DNA of 64,000 nt, taken from positions 620,001 through 684,000 of the forward strand of contig OX597815.1 in the NCBI GenBank assembly GCA_951406725.2. Reading direction: 5' to 3'. Position numbers and translations under genes: made by a program. This DNA comes from Octopus vulgaris. Lineage: Eukaryota. Positions 39,881-53,949 of the stretch are shown one piece after another (the stretch's first letter is position 1; every line of letters starts with the position of its first letter). A model generated the notes under the pieces. The model did no database searches. It was not told the DNA's origin and worked only from the letters and a program-made list of their open reading frames with translations.

Positions 39881-41070
39881 TTAGGTTGAAAAGAAAGTCC
39901 TGTCACATTTTTGACGCGATCTCTTGGAAAGTATTTTTTCAATACTAAACAGTAAAAGCATGTTTCCTCTTTTCTCTGCCGATTACTTTCTCTTGAAATA
40001 AATTTATATTCGACCCAAATCAGACATTGTATGCTCTATGAATTCACAAGGGGAACTTCAGCAATAGAAGGGGCCAGAAATATTCGTTCTGTCTATAGAA
40101 CTGATGATTTCAATGTTTGCACATTCCAGCGATGATTTGGCCACTTATGTTCAGAAAATGTTTCTCTCGCATATTCTCTTCGATATAGACAATTAAGTTC
40201 TGTCGATAGTGAGCTTCTGAAAATTGTTGCGGAAGAAAATCCAGAGCAAACCGCTTGAGAATTATCAAAACAATTCATATCAGATGACACTTGGATCATA
40301 AAACACATCCAGGAACTAAGAAAAGTGTCTAAACTTGGTCAATGAATTCCTCATCATCTCAATGCTTCTCGGCTTAATCAAAGAGTTGCCATCTGTTCGT
40401 CATTGAAAAGAAGACTTACTATAGAACTTTCACTGGGTAAAATCAGCACAAGTGATGGAAAGTGGGTTCTCTGTAACCATATCCAGTAAAAATGATATTC
40501 ACCCAATGAAAAGAGAGAATCCATCCACAGACCAGAACTCGAGAAAATGTCATGCGTTGTATTTGGAAGAACATGAAGGGTTTCGTCTATGAGGAAGCGT
40601 TAAAGCAAACGAAAAAAATGTAGAGAAATATTGTCATCAGTTGGAAGCATTGTGCAAATATTTACAGAAGAAGCACTCTTCATTGGTCAGAAATAAAGAA
40701 GGGATTCTGTGACTCAATAACGCAAGATTTTATATTCCTCAAGGAATAGATTATAGGACTAAATACGAAAGTTTAATCTGATCTTCCTTACTCTTCTCAC
40801 CTTGCTACATCTGACTATCATCTCAAATCATTGCAACTTTATTTAGAGAGAAAGCAGTTTATTGTGAAGAGGTTAAAGACGATATTGTTTCTTTGTTTCA
40901 AAACCTGAAGAATTTTATGTTCAAGGAATTGGCAATTTGTCAACGAGATGACACGATGCTATATTAATGGACTGAAATATTACGTTGATTAAATTCAGAC
41001 CCCCCCACCAAAAAAAAACCTTTGCTTCTTTTCCATCTTGAAATGCAACAAGTCTTCTTATCCAACCTAA
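39881..41070 (+). mobile_element. full-length decayed mariner transposon
   Basis: TA-flanked TIRs TTAGGTTG...CAACCTAA. *IPHHL corresponds to WVPHEL, TSDGKW to TGDEKW, and PYSSHLATSDYHL to PYSPDLAPSDYHL. Confidence 0.85.
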
Positions 41071-41271
41071 TAAATATTCAAATTAATGCTTATTTATATA
41101 TTCAATTAACCATTTAATTATATATCATTATCTATTTATTTATATGTCTAATTAATTATTCATATATACTTAATTGAACTATTAATTATAAATTTAATGA
41201 TCTTTTTACCTATCTTATTTAACTATTAATTGTATATTTATTTATAAATTTAACTATTATATATATATATG

Positions 41272-41403
<132 letters not shown>

Positions 41404-41431
41404 TATATATGTATATATATATATATATATA

Positions 41432-41640
41432 TGCTTTTTCCTATTGTCGTTTCTCTCAGTCCGCACTTGTAGCCACTAAACCTTTTTTTTTTCTCTCCCT
41501 GTTTATTTCTGTGTTCCTTTCTGTTGAAGAGCGTAGACTCGAAAAGTAAAAGACTTTCTTACTTCCCGAGCATTAAAATAATACATCTGTTTGTTGTTTA
41601 CACACCCGTCTTCGTCTTTTATTTTTTTGTAAATTCTCAC
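41432..41640 (+). mobile_element. Penelope-type terminal fragment within (TA)n, with a degenerate minimal hammerhead
   Basis: Short insert between two long (TA)n runs containing TTGAAGAG CGTAGA CTC GAAA. Confidence 0.4.
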
Positions 41641-41646
41641 TATATA

Positions 41647-41800
<154 letters not shown>

Positions 41801-41841
41801 CTATTTAATTATAGATTTAATTATCGACTTAGTTTTAAATT

Positions 41842-42750
41842 TACCCTATTTACCCGAGTATAAGAACCATCCTTGCATAAGATGCATCCCTTTTTTACAA
41901 GTATAGTTTGTGGAAAAAAACAATTTTAGCATATTTCATTATAGTCTTATTGAAGGTTACTTTAAAGTGGTTTGCAGAGGAAAACGTACGATTCGGTGCA
42001 CGTAATTACAATGCTGTGAGAGTTTACTGAATCAAAGTGTAAAACCATGAATTTATTGTAAATTAACGATGTGATGGGAGAAGCGACATCAATTTTATTA
42101 TTTTTTTTTTAGCTCAGTTGTATATTTGTTTATTTTTCGTTCAAGACAATTCCCATACAAGATGTAAAACTCGTATTTTTTTATATGAATTTTCGTGTCA
42201 CCATCATTGGCCACCAGGGTGGCTCATCAGATTAGCTCACCACTACTATGGTTTTGTTGTCATCCACTTGTTGCAAATAGCTGAAATAGCTGATAGGAGG
42301 GTGAAAGTTTAACGTTCCTTTAATCTTTCTAAAATAATTTTTCTAGATAATTCCAAGATGTTCCTTGGATGCAACCCAGCCATTAAATAATGAAACACAC
42401 ATAACAAATGGCGGTTACGCAGTGGAGGCTAAGAAACTGATATTTTAGTTGGTTTTCAATATCTTATTATTAGTATTAGTAACAGTTATTGTGCCTTGCG
42501 GATTTATCCAGCTTCTTAACCTAAAACACTTGGACTCCTGTCAGTAATAATGGCTGCATTAGACACATGGCAACGCCTTTTCCATTTTGTCCGCTGGAAC
42601 CCTGAAGTGGTCTGGCAAGCCTTTGAATGTGAACATTTATGTTCGTGTCAACTCAATACCGAATTCACAAAGATGCCTTCTTTAATCTTTCCTTTGTCAA
42701 AGACACAACTCGAAAACAAGTTCCTATTAAATTCAAATTATTACTAAACA
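41842..42750 (-). mobile_element. possible pogo-like DNA transposon relic
   Basis: Terminus TACCCTATTTACCCGAGTATAAG resembles pogo TIRs; the coding trace is very eroded. Confidence 0.3.
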
Positions 42751-43569
42751 TTTCTTGAAACCGCTTATTGTGAGGTCAAATGTCAGAGTGTCACAGATGA
42801 AGTTGCGTTTTCATGTTTTCCCACTGAAACTCCAAACATGAACTCTGCACTTCAACAACGAATGTCGACGCTTGCTCTCTTTGTGGGACATTTGTCAAAT
42901 TTGCAAGCTGGATTTTTGGGTCGAAGGCAGAAGCATTACCTTGCCCGCTCTGAAACCTCTGTTGGATGTGGTCAGCATTCGTTAGGGACATGGTGAACTC
43001 CATTGGTTGGAGCTGGCTCAGTCCACCCCGGGGCGAATGCCACCGCAAATACAAATACAAAAAGTTGCGTTTAAGAAAAGTGTTAAGCTTTTATTATTAG
43101 ATTTCTTAGTTTAATTCCACCGGGCGCTCTAGCTACAATTTTTCGACACATTTAAACATAATTTAATAAAAACGTGTTATACTCCAGAAAATTCACTAAT
43201 TATTTGCTTAATTATATTCAATTATCTATTTAATTATTCAATTTAATTATCTATTTAATTATTCATGCAGCCCGGTAGAGATTCCCTCGTTGGTTCGTAA
43301 ATAAACAGTGATGCAATAACTGCTTGTGGCCCCATGGGCCTCAGTTGGTCAGGCGGTCAGCGATGGAATAAAACAGCGCTGTAAAACAAATCTATTAATT
43401 AACACAACTAATTAGTATGGCTATATTAATTAACAACCGATTCGTACAGCTCAATTAATTAACACAACTGATTAGTAGCGCTCTAGTAATTAACACACTA
43501 ATTAGCACCAACTTCTGACTCAAGTTTTTTATGCTTTTCAATTCGTTGTATTTGCGTTTTGTTTGTCAG

Positions 43570-44136
43570 GTCCGCATTTGTCCCAGTGTCAAGTCTGATG
43601 TCACGGATGGAACGACAGATGGGAGTAATGCAACCAATCAGAAACGTCGACCATCTGTTTTCCCGAACGCTCATCGCCGACGTTCATCTTTCCAGTTCAA
43701 GCAATTGGCTTTGTCCAGCTTTCATCGTTTGAGTATGGCTACCAGCAGTGACATAGAATGTCTGCCGAAGGTCCGGCAACAAAACACCTATCGAATCGAC
43801 CCACACCCAGACAGCAAATTCGTCGAATCTAAGGTAAAGAACGCCGTTTATGAATATCTGTGTGAAGAACTGACCAACGTGGAATACAACGACAAAGATT
43901 GGAAACTAAAGACAAGAGATATTGGCGACCAACTACGGAACCAAATTAAATCTCTCGGTTTTCTCCGATACAAAATCATTGTTGAAATATTGATCAATCC
44001 TAAAGGTGCGAACAATGATTTGATCTTTGGCAGCCGGTGTCTCAGTGATCCGGATCGGGATCGATCTATTGCCGTCGTCTTCTCCAATGATTCGCTGTCA
44101 GCTGTGGTTTGTGTTTATGCCATTTATTACGATTAA
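43570..44136 (+). CDS. Tctex1-domain dynein light chain (TCTEX1D1/DYNLT5-like), main coding exon
   Basis: NTYRIDP..KF....V......L...L..VEY, IKSLGFLRYKIIV, SRCL.D.DRD and FSNDSLSAVVCVYAIYYD*. Acceptor TTTGTTTGTCAG precedes 43570 (phase 0), so the ORF-track start at 43531 is probably intronic. Confidence 0.9.
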   Translation, partial: VRICPSVKSDVTDGTTDGSNATNQKRRPSVFPNAHRRRSSFQFKQLALSSFHRLSMATSSDIECLPKVRQQNTYRIDPHPDSKFVESKVKNAVYEYLCEELTNVEYNDKDWKLKTRDIGDQLRNQIKSLGFLRYKIIVEILINPKGANNDLIFGSRCLSDPDRDRSIAVVFSNDSLSAVVCVYAIYYD

Positions 44137-44209
44137 CACATTATTTTCATGGTTTGCATTAGAAACGGGTACCACTAACTTTACATGAAATGATTATTAA
44201 GGCAAGTGG

Positions 44210-44262
<53 letters not shown>

Positions 44263-44439
44263 GGGGAGGGGAGGGAGAGAGAGAGAGAGAAAAATTGAAA
44301 TAATGGAAATAGTATTTTCTAAAATGAAACATTTTGTGCGCTCGTAGAAGGCTCAACTTTGCATACAGGACCCGAGGTGACATTTTGAGATATTTAAAAA
44401 AAAAAAAAGTTCATCAGATGTGGTATATGGTGCACGTGA

Positions 44440-44487
<48 letters not shown>

Positions 44488-44987
44488 TGTGTGTGTATGA
44501 ATGCATGTGTATGTGTATATATACCCTTATAGAAAGTGATGTTTGTGAATGTTATTCCCGAACCTGCTCGGAAACAACCACAGGAAAACACTACTGTTTT
44601 GGCGGGTATTAAAAATTTCTTATTAAAAAATCTGCCTGATGAAAGTGACTTTTTTGCGTAAAATTATTTTTTAAAATATCGACCATATTTTAAAAGACTT
44701 TATAAATGAAGATAAACAATGAACTGTATACAGTTACGTGTCTCAATATTTAACAATTAAACTAATACCAACAACGTTCAGATCATTTCAGACATTTATT
44801 CTTTGATAAAAGAAGCAGAGTTTCACTTGAAGTTTCCCAAGAAAACAACAGCAGCGAATATGAAAACGAAATATTTCGAAGCTGATAGGAATCGAAAATA
44901 AAAATAACAACAAACTCCGTAATTCAAAACTAAAACAAAACAAAACAAAGTTAACCACTTTGTTACAATGTTTAAGTTATTTTGTAT

Positions 44988-45180
44988 TACGAGTTGGTAT
45001 CAAAAGGTTCCCGGACTAATTAGGTTTAATTAAAAAAATAACTTATTTACCAAAGTTTTAACATTCTCTCCTTCGAAATGGTCGACTTACGCAGCAATAC
45101 CGGTGCCAGCATTCCTGCTACATTTGGAATCCGGTCTGAAGTTGTTTCTGTGAGTTGAGGACCTTCTGCAATTCGCTTTC
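44988..45180. mobile_element. mariner-like terminal fragment
   Basis: TACGAG..GGTATCAAAAGGTTCCCGGACT resembles a mariner TIR. Confidence 0.45.
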
Positions 45181-45461
45181 AAAATGGGGGAAGGCCGGTT
45201 TATGGGATTACCTTAGGTTTCCCGTCTATAAAAGGTTTAGCTTTATGGGGTGCCATCAGATCCCAAAAACCTGTTGGCCCGTGACCTCTTAAAAATATGG
45301 AGGGGGAAACGTCTCACTACTCAAAGGTACAGTTACCTTTGAGTGAAGCATTTCCCCCTCCATATTTTTAAGAGGTCACGGGCCAACAGATACTCCATAA
45401 AGCTAAACACTTTATGGACGGGAAAGCTAAGGTGGTCCCATAAACTGGCCTTCCCCATTTT
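45181..45461. repeat. fold-back palindrome (about 130-150-bp arms, 4-nt loop, one indel)
   Basis: 45181-45329 versus the reverse complement of 45334-45461. Confidence 0.9.
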
Positions 45462-45537
45462 TAATATATACTGCTCTACATCTTAGAGTGTGCTTCTCCT
45501 TTCGGATTTATGTTTTCTACAAACGATATATATATAT

Positions 45538-45875
45538 TTCGATGGGTGAATGAATTATCTTATGTTTACCGTCAACATGGAAAATTCGATGAACCGATAC
45601 CAGGGTAGCAAATTCACGTCAGAAATACGGTTGAAACGACCTATCCAAAGGTAGAAACTCCGGGTTCATGTGCAGAAATTTGTGTGTTATATATGAATAA
45701 ATAAATAAATGGAGTTGAACGAAGATGTTAATAATAAAATTCCCTTACTTTCGACATATGTTTCGAAGACAACATGGTTTTATTCCAAAGGAATAAACGG
45801 TGTAAGATGCAATCTTCTCATCAGGAAAGAAAGGGAGCCTCTCTCACCAACAAGACAATATGATAATTATATATC
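45538..45875 (-). mobile_element. non-coding hammerhead-bearing element (PLE terminal repeat / retrozyme-like), copy 1
   Basis: Flanked by (TA)n on both sides; homologous to 47998-48320. Confidence 0.7.
45741..45836 (-). ncRNA. type I hammerhead ribozyme
   Basis: TCCCTTTCTTTC CTGATGA GAAGA..(43 nt)..TCTTC GAA ACATATGT C GAAAGTAAGGGA. All core nucleotides are present, with an 11-bp stem I, 5-bp stem II, palindromic stem III and a GUC site at 45753. Confidence 0.9.
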
Positions 45876-46025
45876 ATTATATATATATATATATATTCAA
45901 CAACAATTGAGGAACGGCTATAATAGGCCGTTCGACCCACTAGAAATAGCAGCCAGGGCTCCAACCGCAAATAGTAGTAATTCCGAAATCAGAGGAAAAA
46001 TTAAAAAAACATTTACCCTGTTCTT

Positions 46026-46136
46026 CTTTAGACAATGCATTGTTTCGGCGTTTTTTAATGGCAAACCAGCCTAATTAAATTAAATTAAACTTAATCAAGT
46101 CAATCTTCCAAAAGGCCAACGCGCTCATCAGTAAAG
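46026..46136 (-). ncRNA. type I hammerhead ribozyme (second family, long loop II)
   Basis: CTTTA CTGATGA GCGCGTT..(65 nt)..AACGCC GAA ACAATGCATTGT C TAAAG. 12-nt palindromic stem III and a GUC site at 46031. Confidence 0.85.
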
Positions 46137-46288
46137 GAGCCAGAAGGGACAGAAATTACACGAGGCAGCCACCTTCATGCCTCGGTAATATCTGCCCTAA
46201 AATTTTCAAAATCATCGTACTCGCGCCAACTTATCGGCAGCAAATATTAACTGCCGATTCAATTTCGGAATTAATCAGAAAATTATCA

Positions 46289-46496
46289 ATTAATCAATAT
46301 TAGGGTAGCAAAAAATTCAATAGAAATTATTTTGCCACCAGCGGTCTAGTGAGAAAGAGGAAATAGTCAGAGACTATTAATAAATTCAACAATAAATTGA
46401 ATTTATTAATAGTCTCTGACTATTTCCTCTTTCTCACTAGACCGCTGGTGGCAAAATAATTTCTATTGAATTTTTGCTACCCTAATATTGATTAAT
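46289..46496. repeat. fold-back palindrome (about 100-bp arms, 7-nt loop)
   Basis: 46289-46389 is the reverse complement of 46397-46496, nearly perfect; followed by (TAAA)n(TA)n. Confidence 0.95.
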
Positions 46497-46510
46497 AAAT
46501 AAATAAATAA

Positions 46511-46555
<45 letters not shown>

Positions 46556-46556
<1 letters not shown>

Positions 46557-46964
46557 TCTTTTACTCTCTCTCTTACATGTTTCAGTCATTTGACTGTGGC
46601 TGCTGGAGCACTGTCTTTAGTCGAGCAAATCGACCCCAGGACTTATTCTTTGTAAGCCTAGTACTTATTCTATCGATCTCTTTTGCCGAACCGCTAAGTT
46701 AAGGGGACATAAACACACCACCATCGGTTGTCAAGCGATGTTGGGGGGGGGTACAAACACAGACACACAAACACACACACACACACACACACACACTCTC
46801 TCACACACACACACACGCACATATATATACGACGGGCTTCTTTCAGTTTCCGTCTACCAAATCCACTCACAAGGCTTTGGTCGGCCTGAGGCTATAGCAG
46901 AAGACACTTGCCCAAGGTGCCACGCAGTCGGACTGAACCCAGAACCATATGGTTGGTAAGCAAG

Positions 46965-46965
<1 letters not shown>
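46556..46965 (-). mobile_element. SINE family A
   Basis: Reverse complement of the 14041 copy. Confidence 0.9.
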
Positions 46966-47007
<42 letters not shown>

Positions 47008-47094
47008 CGCGCGCGTGTGCGTAAGTACACACGCGCAAAACAATCGTTGGTGATTGGTAAGCGTAAGGAATTGGTAATTTGCAGTCCTGCTCCA

Positions 47095-47865
47095 ATACGG
47101 CATCTAGGTCTTTCCGTTGAAGATTAGCATCAGAAGGCTTCTTGACTGCTTGTACTACTTTCCTGTCGTCGGCATAGATAGTAAGTGTAACTATGTGTGT
47201 AACTGATGGCATGTCTGAAAGAGCAACCATGAACAGCAGTGGCCCCAATACCATTCCCTGAGGCAGTCCACTCTCTATTACTGTCTCCCTGGAGTGGACT
47301 CCGTTGGCTGCCACAGCCTGGCTTCTGCCTTTTAAGAAGTCATGCAACCACTCTCTGAGTTTTCTGATTATGCCAAGTCTCTGTAGCTTGTGACATATCA
47401 AGCCATGATCGACCTTATCAAAGTCAAAATATATCACATCTACATTTGAGCAATTCCTTAATTGTTTCAGCACCCAGTCATAGAACTGTAAAAGCTGTGT
47501 AAGGCAGGTTCTGCCTCAGCGAAAACCATTCTGGGTGTCTGGAAGCAAGTCATTATCTACAAGGAACGCAATTAGTTTCTTCCTGACAACGCGTTCCATG
47601 ACTTTGCCTGCGTGGGAAGTTAGAGTGACAGGGCTGTAATTCTTAGCATCTTCTCTGTTACCTCCCTTCTGCCTTCTTTTAACGTTTTGGGGAATATTCC
47701 CAGTTGTGAGGAAGCTCTGGAAGAGAATCTGAAGTGATTTTGCTAGAGCACTTTTGCATTTCTTTAGGAGGATTGATGGGAAACGATCAGTGTTTGAGCT
47801 CATTTCATCAATAACCGATAGCACATCAGATTCCTCTATTTTGATGCTATCAATAATTGTCATTT
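47095..47865 (-). mobile_element. CR1/L2-like LINE family C, RT fragment
   Basis: NYSPVTLTSH, QNGFR, DVIYFDFDKVDHG, GLPQGMVLGPLLF and IYADD. Confidence 0.9.
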
Positions 47866-47883
47866 CGTTGTGTGTCCGTATCT

Positions 47884-47922
47884 GTACCCCCTGACGAAGG
47901 ATTACATCCGAAACGTTGGATA
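47884..47922 (+). ncRNA. minimal Penelope-type hammerhead motif
   Basis: GTACCCC CTGACGA A GGA TTACA TCC GAA ACGT T GGATAT; stem I is weak; upstream of (TA)n. Confidence 0.5.
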
Positions 47923-47997
47923 TTCCACTCCTCACGGCAAGTTCATTTTACCCCTTTCACTTCTCTTTCTCTCTCTCTTTATATATATATATATATG

Positions 47998-48772
<775 letters not shown>

Positions 48773-49671
48773 AATAAGTGATTGCAAATAAATGTTCCTC
48801 TGTAATCCTTCTTGTTTACTCCAACTTATTCAACTCTCCGTTCACACAGTGCAGAAGCCGCAACGCAAATCTGTTTAATACCTCACTTTACGAGGACTCG
48901 CTTTACAATACCCCAGGTTTACGAGTTTTATTTTATAATAAATATGAAAAAGTTAAACAGCCATTTTGTGTGTGTATGGCAATGTCGCAACATGTGGCAA
49001 CACTACCATAACAAATGGATGTGAGTGTTAGCGAAACACTTACAGAGCCCCCCTCCCCAAGCTTCTGAGCAAATAACTCTAGACTTGTTTTTTTAAAAAG
49101 AAATCTCCAAGTCCGTCTACGAGTGCTTGTGAATTGGTGATCACATCTACAAGTGATGGTGTGCACGAGTCTAGTCCAAGTGAAAGTGATTCAGAAAACG
49201 ATTATAATTAATAATATTTTTTTATCATAAATTATCTTGACACTCTTTTTACTTTATATGAAATATTCTTTATATTCTACTGTTGTTTTATTGCTATTTA
49301 TTTACGAGTATTATAAATTTTATAGGTAAAATATTTTTTGAGAGAACAAATTATGATTTATAACATTGCTACTATGGGAAATTATTGCTCTGCTTTAAAG
49401 AGTTTTCACGTTACAAGTGGTCTCCGGGAACAAATTGACTCATATACTGAGGCATTACTGTATGTGTGTGTATGTATAAGCATACATAATACATAAACAC
49501 ATGCGCACAAACACACACACATACATACATGCATCATTTGAAAATAAATGAGCATGTCTAGATATGCAACTATATGCATGAGAATACATACATAAAACAA
49601 AACATAAATCTTCATACATACATACATACATACATACACACATACATACATACATACATACATACATACAT

Positions 49672-49702
<31 letters not shown>

Positions 49703-49777
49703 TACATACATGCATGCATACATGCATACCTACATACATACATGCATACAAACATACATATAAACATACATACATAC

Positions 49778-50809
49778 ATTATTATTATGGCTGCCCCCTC
49801 GTTATCGAGTATGGCCATTGCACGAAGCTTAACTGTTACTGGTGCTGTGATCGAATGTGACTTTTTAGCCCAGCTAAAGATCTACAATGTCTGGTACGGA
49901 ATTGGCAACTAAAACCTTTACTGGTAATATCCGGCTGTAGTTGTAACTGGGCTTCATGTACCTTTGCATGTCATTTAAGTCCTCCTGCCGAATTACACTC
50001 TCTTCCACATGCCCGACAGATATGATTAGTATGGTGTGTTACACCACCACCAGTGGCCAGGTTGTCACTCATCTGTCTCGCTTTATGACTACGAAGATGA
50101 CTCTTGAGTCCAGCTTTACTGAGGCAGAGTCTTGCACAGACACTGCATGTCAGCATCATGGGAAGACCCTTCCCATCTGGAAGTGTAACAGCGATGCCCT
50201 TCCTGACATCCCTCCTTACTTTCTCATGTGCAACTCGAGATTTCTCAAAAGTGGCTGTCCCCTCGTGCACAATCCTTCTCCACCTGCTCCGATCAATAGC
50301 CAAGCCTTCCCATGTGTCAGGAGAGATGCAAGCATCTCTTAAGGAAGCCTTCAGCAAGTCCTTATACCTGGGAAGCACTATTAATAGATATAGCAATTTG
50401 GATGAAATTCCATATAGAATTAGGAAAGCAAGTGTTGCTTTTGGAAGGCTAGAAAAGCGCCTCTGGAGTCGGCGAGACATATGCAGAAAGACAAAGATAA
50501 AGGTGTACAAGGTATGTGTGCTCCCTTCTCTTCTCTATGCCTGCGAGACATGAGTCACATATCGATACCACTTTAAACAACTGGAACGTTTCCATCAGAT
50601 GTGTCTTAGACGGATCTATGGCATTAAGTGGAAGGACCGCATCAGTGATCTTGAAATATTGGAAGGCTCTCGGTGTGAAAGTATAGAAGCTCTTGTGTTA
50701 AAGCAAAGGCTCAGATGGGGTGGTCATCTGGTCAGGATGAAGGATTCAAGGATGCCAAAACAACTCTTTTATGGAGAGTTAGCTAAAGGAGAACGACCTC
50801 CACATAAAC
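49778..50809 (-). mobile_element. RTE-BovB-like LINE with a 5' inversion, inserted in (CATA)n
   Basis: Minus-strand 50369-49778: YKDLLKASL...TWE.LA.DRSRWR...CSVC..GLKSHLRSH plus (TAA)n tail. Plus-strand 50365-50809 is the immediately upstream part: YLGS...LLYACET...RWGGHLVRM...GERPPHK. Confidence 0.9.
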
Positions 50810-51094
50810 ATACATACATACATACATACATACATACATACATACATACATACATACATACATACATACATACATAAAGCTGAAACTTTATAAATGTTTA
50901 TTCCGAGTTTCTCGCTTCCGATATAAAAGAAGACATCTTTGAAAATGTTTGAGAGTGAAGCAAATTTTAATGGGTTGCAAAAGAAAAACTCTTGGATATC
51001 ATTGTTTGAGGAAAAAAATAATTATTGATGTTTGAAAATTCCTTAATTGGGAATATGGAGAAATCGTGTGATGTGATGTGGGACGACGACGACG

Positions 51095-53948
51095 ACCACC
51101 ACCACCACCACCATCACCACCACCATCACCACCACCATCACCACCACCATCACCACCACCATCGCCGCCACCATCACCACCACCATCGCCGCCACCACCA
51201 CCACCACCATCACCACCATCATCACCACCACCACCACCCGCCACCACCACCACCACCACCACCATCACCACCACCACCATCACCATCACCATCATCACCA
51301 CCATCACCACTCCACCACCACTATCACCACCACCACCATCACAACCGCCACCACCATCACCATCATCAACACCACCATCACCACCACCGCCACCACCACC
51401 ACCACCATCACCACCACCACCACCACCACCAACTCCACCACCACCACCACCACCACAACCACCACCACCACCACCATCACCACCACCACCACCACCATCA
51501 TCACCACCACCACCACCACCAACTCCACCACAACCACCAACTACACCACCACCACCACCACCACCATCACCACCACCACCACCACCACCACTACCACCAC
51601 AATCATCACCACCACCACCACCACCACCATCACCACCACCACCACCACCACCACTACCACCACAATCATCACCACCACCACCACCACCACCATCACCACC
51701 ACCACCACCACCACCACCAACTCCACCACCACCATCACCACCGCCACCACCACCACCACCAACTACCACCACCACCACCACCACCACCATTACCACCACC
51801 ACCACCATCACCAACACCACCACCACCACCACCAACTCCACCACCACCATCACCACCGCCACCACCACCACCACCAACTCCTCCACCACCACCACCACCA
51901 CCACCACCATCACCACCACCACCACCACCATAGCCACCACCACCACCACCAACTCCACCACCACCATCACCACCACCACCACCATCACCACCACCACCAC
52001 CACCACCACCACCACCACCACCACCACCACCACCACCACCACCACCACCACCACCACCATCACCACCACCACCGCCATCACCACCACCACCACCACAACC
52101 ATCACTACCAACACCACCACCACCACCAACTCCACCACCATCACCACCACCACCACCACCACCACCATCACCACCACCACCACCACCACCACCACCACCA
52201 CCACCATCACCACCACCACCATCACTACCACCACCACCACCACCACCACCACCACCACCACCACCACCACCACCACCACCACCACCACCAACTCCACCAC
52301 CACCACCAACTCCACCACCACCACCACCACCATCACCACCACCACCACCACCACCACCACCACCACCACCACCACCACCACCACCACCACCACCACCACC
52401 ATCACAACCACCACCACCACCATCACCACCACCACCACCACCACCACCACCACCACCACCACCACCACCACCACCACCACCACCACCACCACCACCACCA
52501 CCACCACCACCACCGCCATCACCACCACTACCACCACCACCACCACCACCACCACCACCACCACCACCACCACCACCACCACCACCACCACCACAACCAC
52601 CACCACCACCACCATCGCCACCACCACCACCACCACCAACTCCACCACCACCATCACCACCACGACCACCATCACCACCACCACCACCATCACCACCACC
52701 ACCACCATCACCACCACCACCACCACCACCATCACCACCACCACCGCCATCACCACCACTACCACCACCACCACCATCACTACCACCACCACCACCACCA
52801 CCAACTCCACCACCACCACCATCACCACCGCCACCACCACCACCAACTCCACCACCACCACCACCACCACCACCACCACCACCACCACCACCAACTCCAC
52901 CACCATCACCACCACCACTACCACCACCACCAACTCCACCACCACCACCACCACCACCATCACCATCACCACCACCACTACCACCACCACCAAATCCACC
53001 ACCACCACCATCACCATCATCACCAACTCCACCACCACCACCACCACCACCATCACCATCATCACCACCACCATCACCATCATCACCACCACCACCACCA
53101 TCACCACCACCACCACCACCACCACCGCCACCGCACCATCACCACCATCACCATCATCACCACCTCCACCACCACCACCACTATCACCACCACCACCATC
53201 ACAACCGCCACCACCATCACCATCATCAACACCACCACCACCACCACACAACCATCACCACAACCATCACCACCGCCACCACCACTACCATCATCACCAT
53301 CACCACCACCACCACCATCGCCGCCACCACCACCACCATCATCACCACCACCACCACCACCAACTCCACCACCACCACCACCAACTCCACCACCACCATC
53401 ACCACCATCACCACCACCACCACCACCATCACCATCATCACCACCACCATCACCACCACCATCTCCACCACCACCGCCACTACCTCCACCACCACCACCA
53501 CCACCACCACCACCATCACCATCATCACCACCACCACCACCAACTCCACCACCACCATCACCATCATCACCACCACCATCACCACCACCACCATCACCAA
53601 CTCCACCACCACCATCACCATCATCACCACCACCACCACCACCACCACAACCATCACCACAACCATCACCCATCACCACCGCCACCACCACTACCATCAT
53701 CACCATCACCACCACCACCACCACCGCCGCCACCACCATCACCACCAACTCCACCACCACCACCACCACCACCACCATCGCCGCCACACCACCACCACCA
53801 CCACCACCACCACCACCATCACCATCATCATCAACATCCACCACCACCACCACCACCACCACCACCACCATCGCCACCACACCACCACCACCACCACCAC
53901 CACCACCACCACCACCATTACAAACCACCACCACCACCACCACCACCA
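51095..53948. repeat. about 2.85-kb degenerate (ACC)n trinucleotide array
   Basis: Directly visible; source of the 750-1008 aa poly-T/P/H/V/G pseudo-ORFs. Confidence 0.95.
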
Positions 53949-53949
53949 A

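Noticed and set aside
42183-42236. Minus-strand CTGATGAG...C GAAAATTC hammerhead-like motif
   Set aside because: Stem I has only about 2 bp and stem II does not close at the core.
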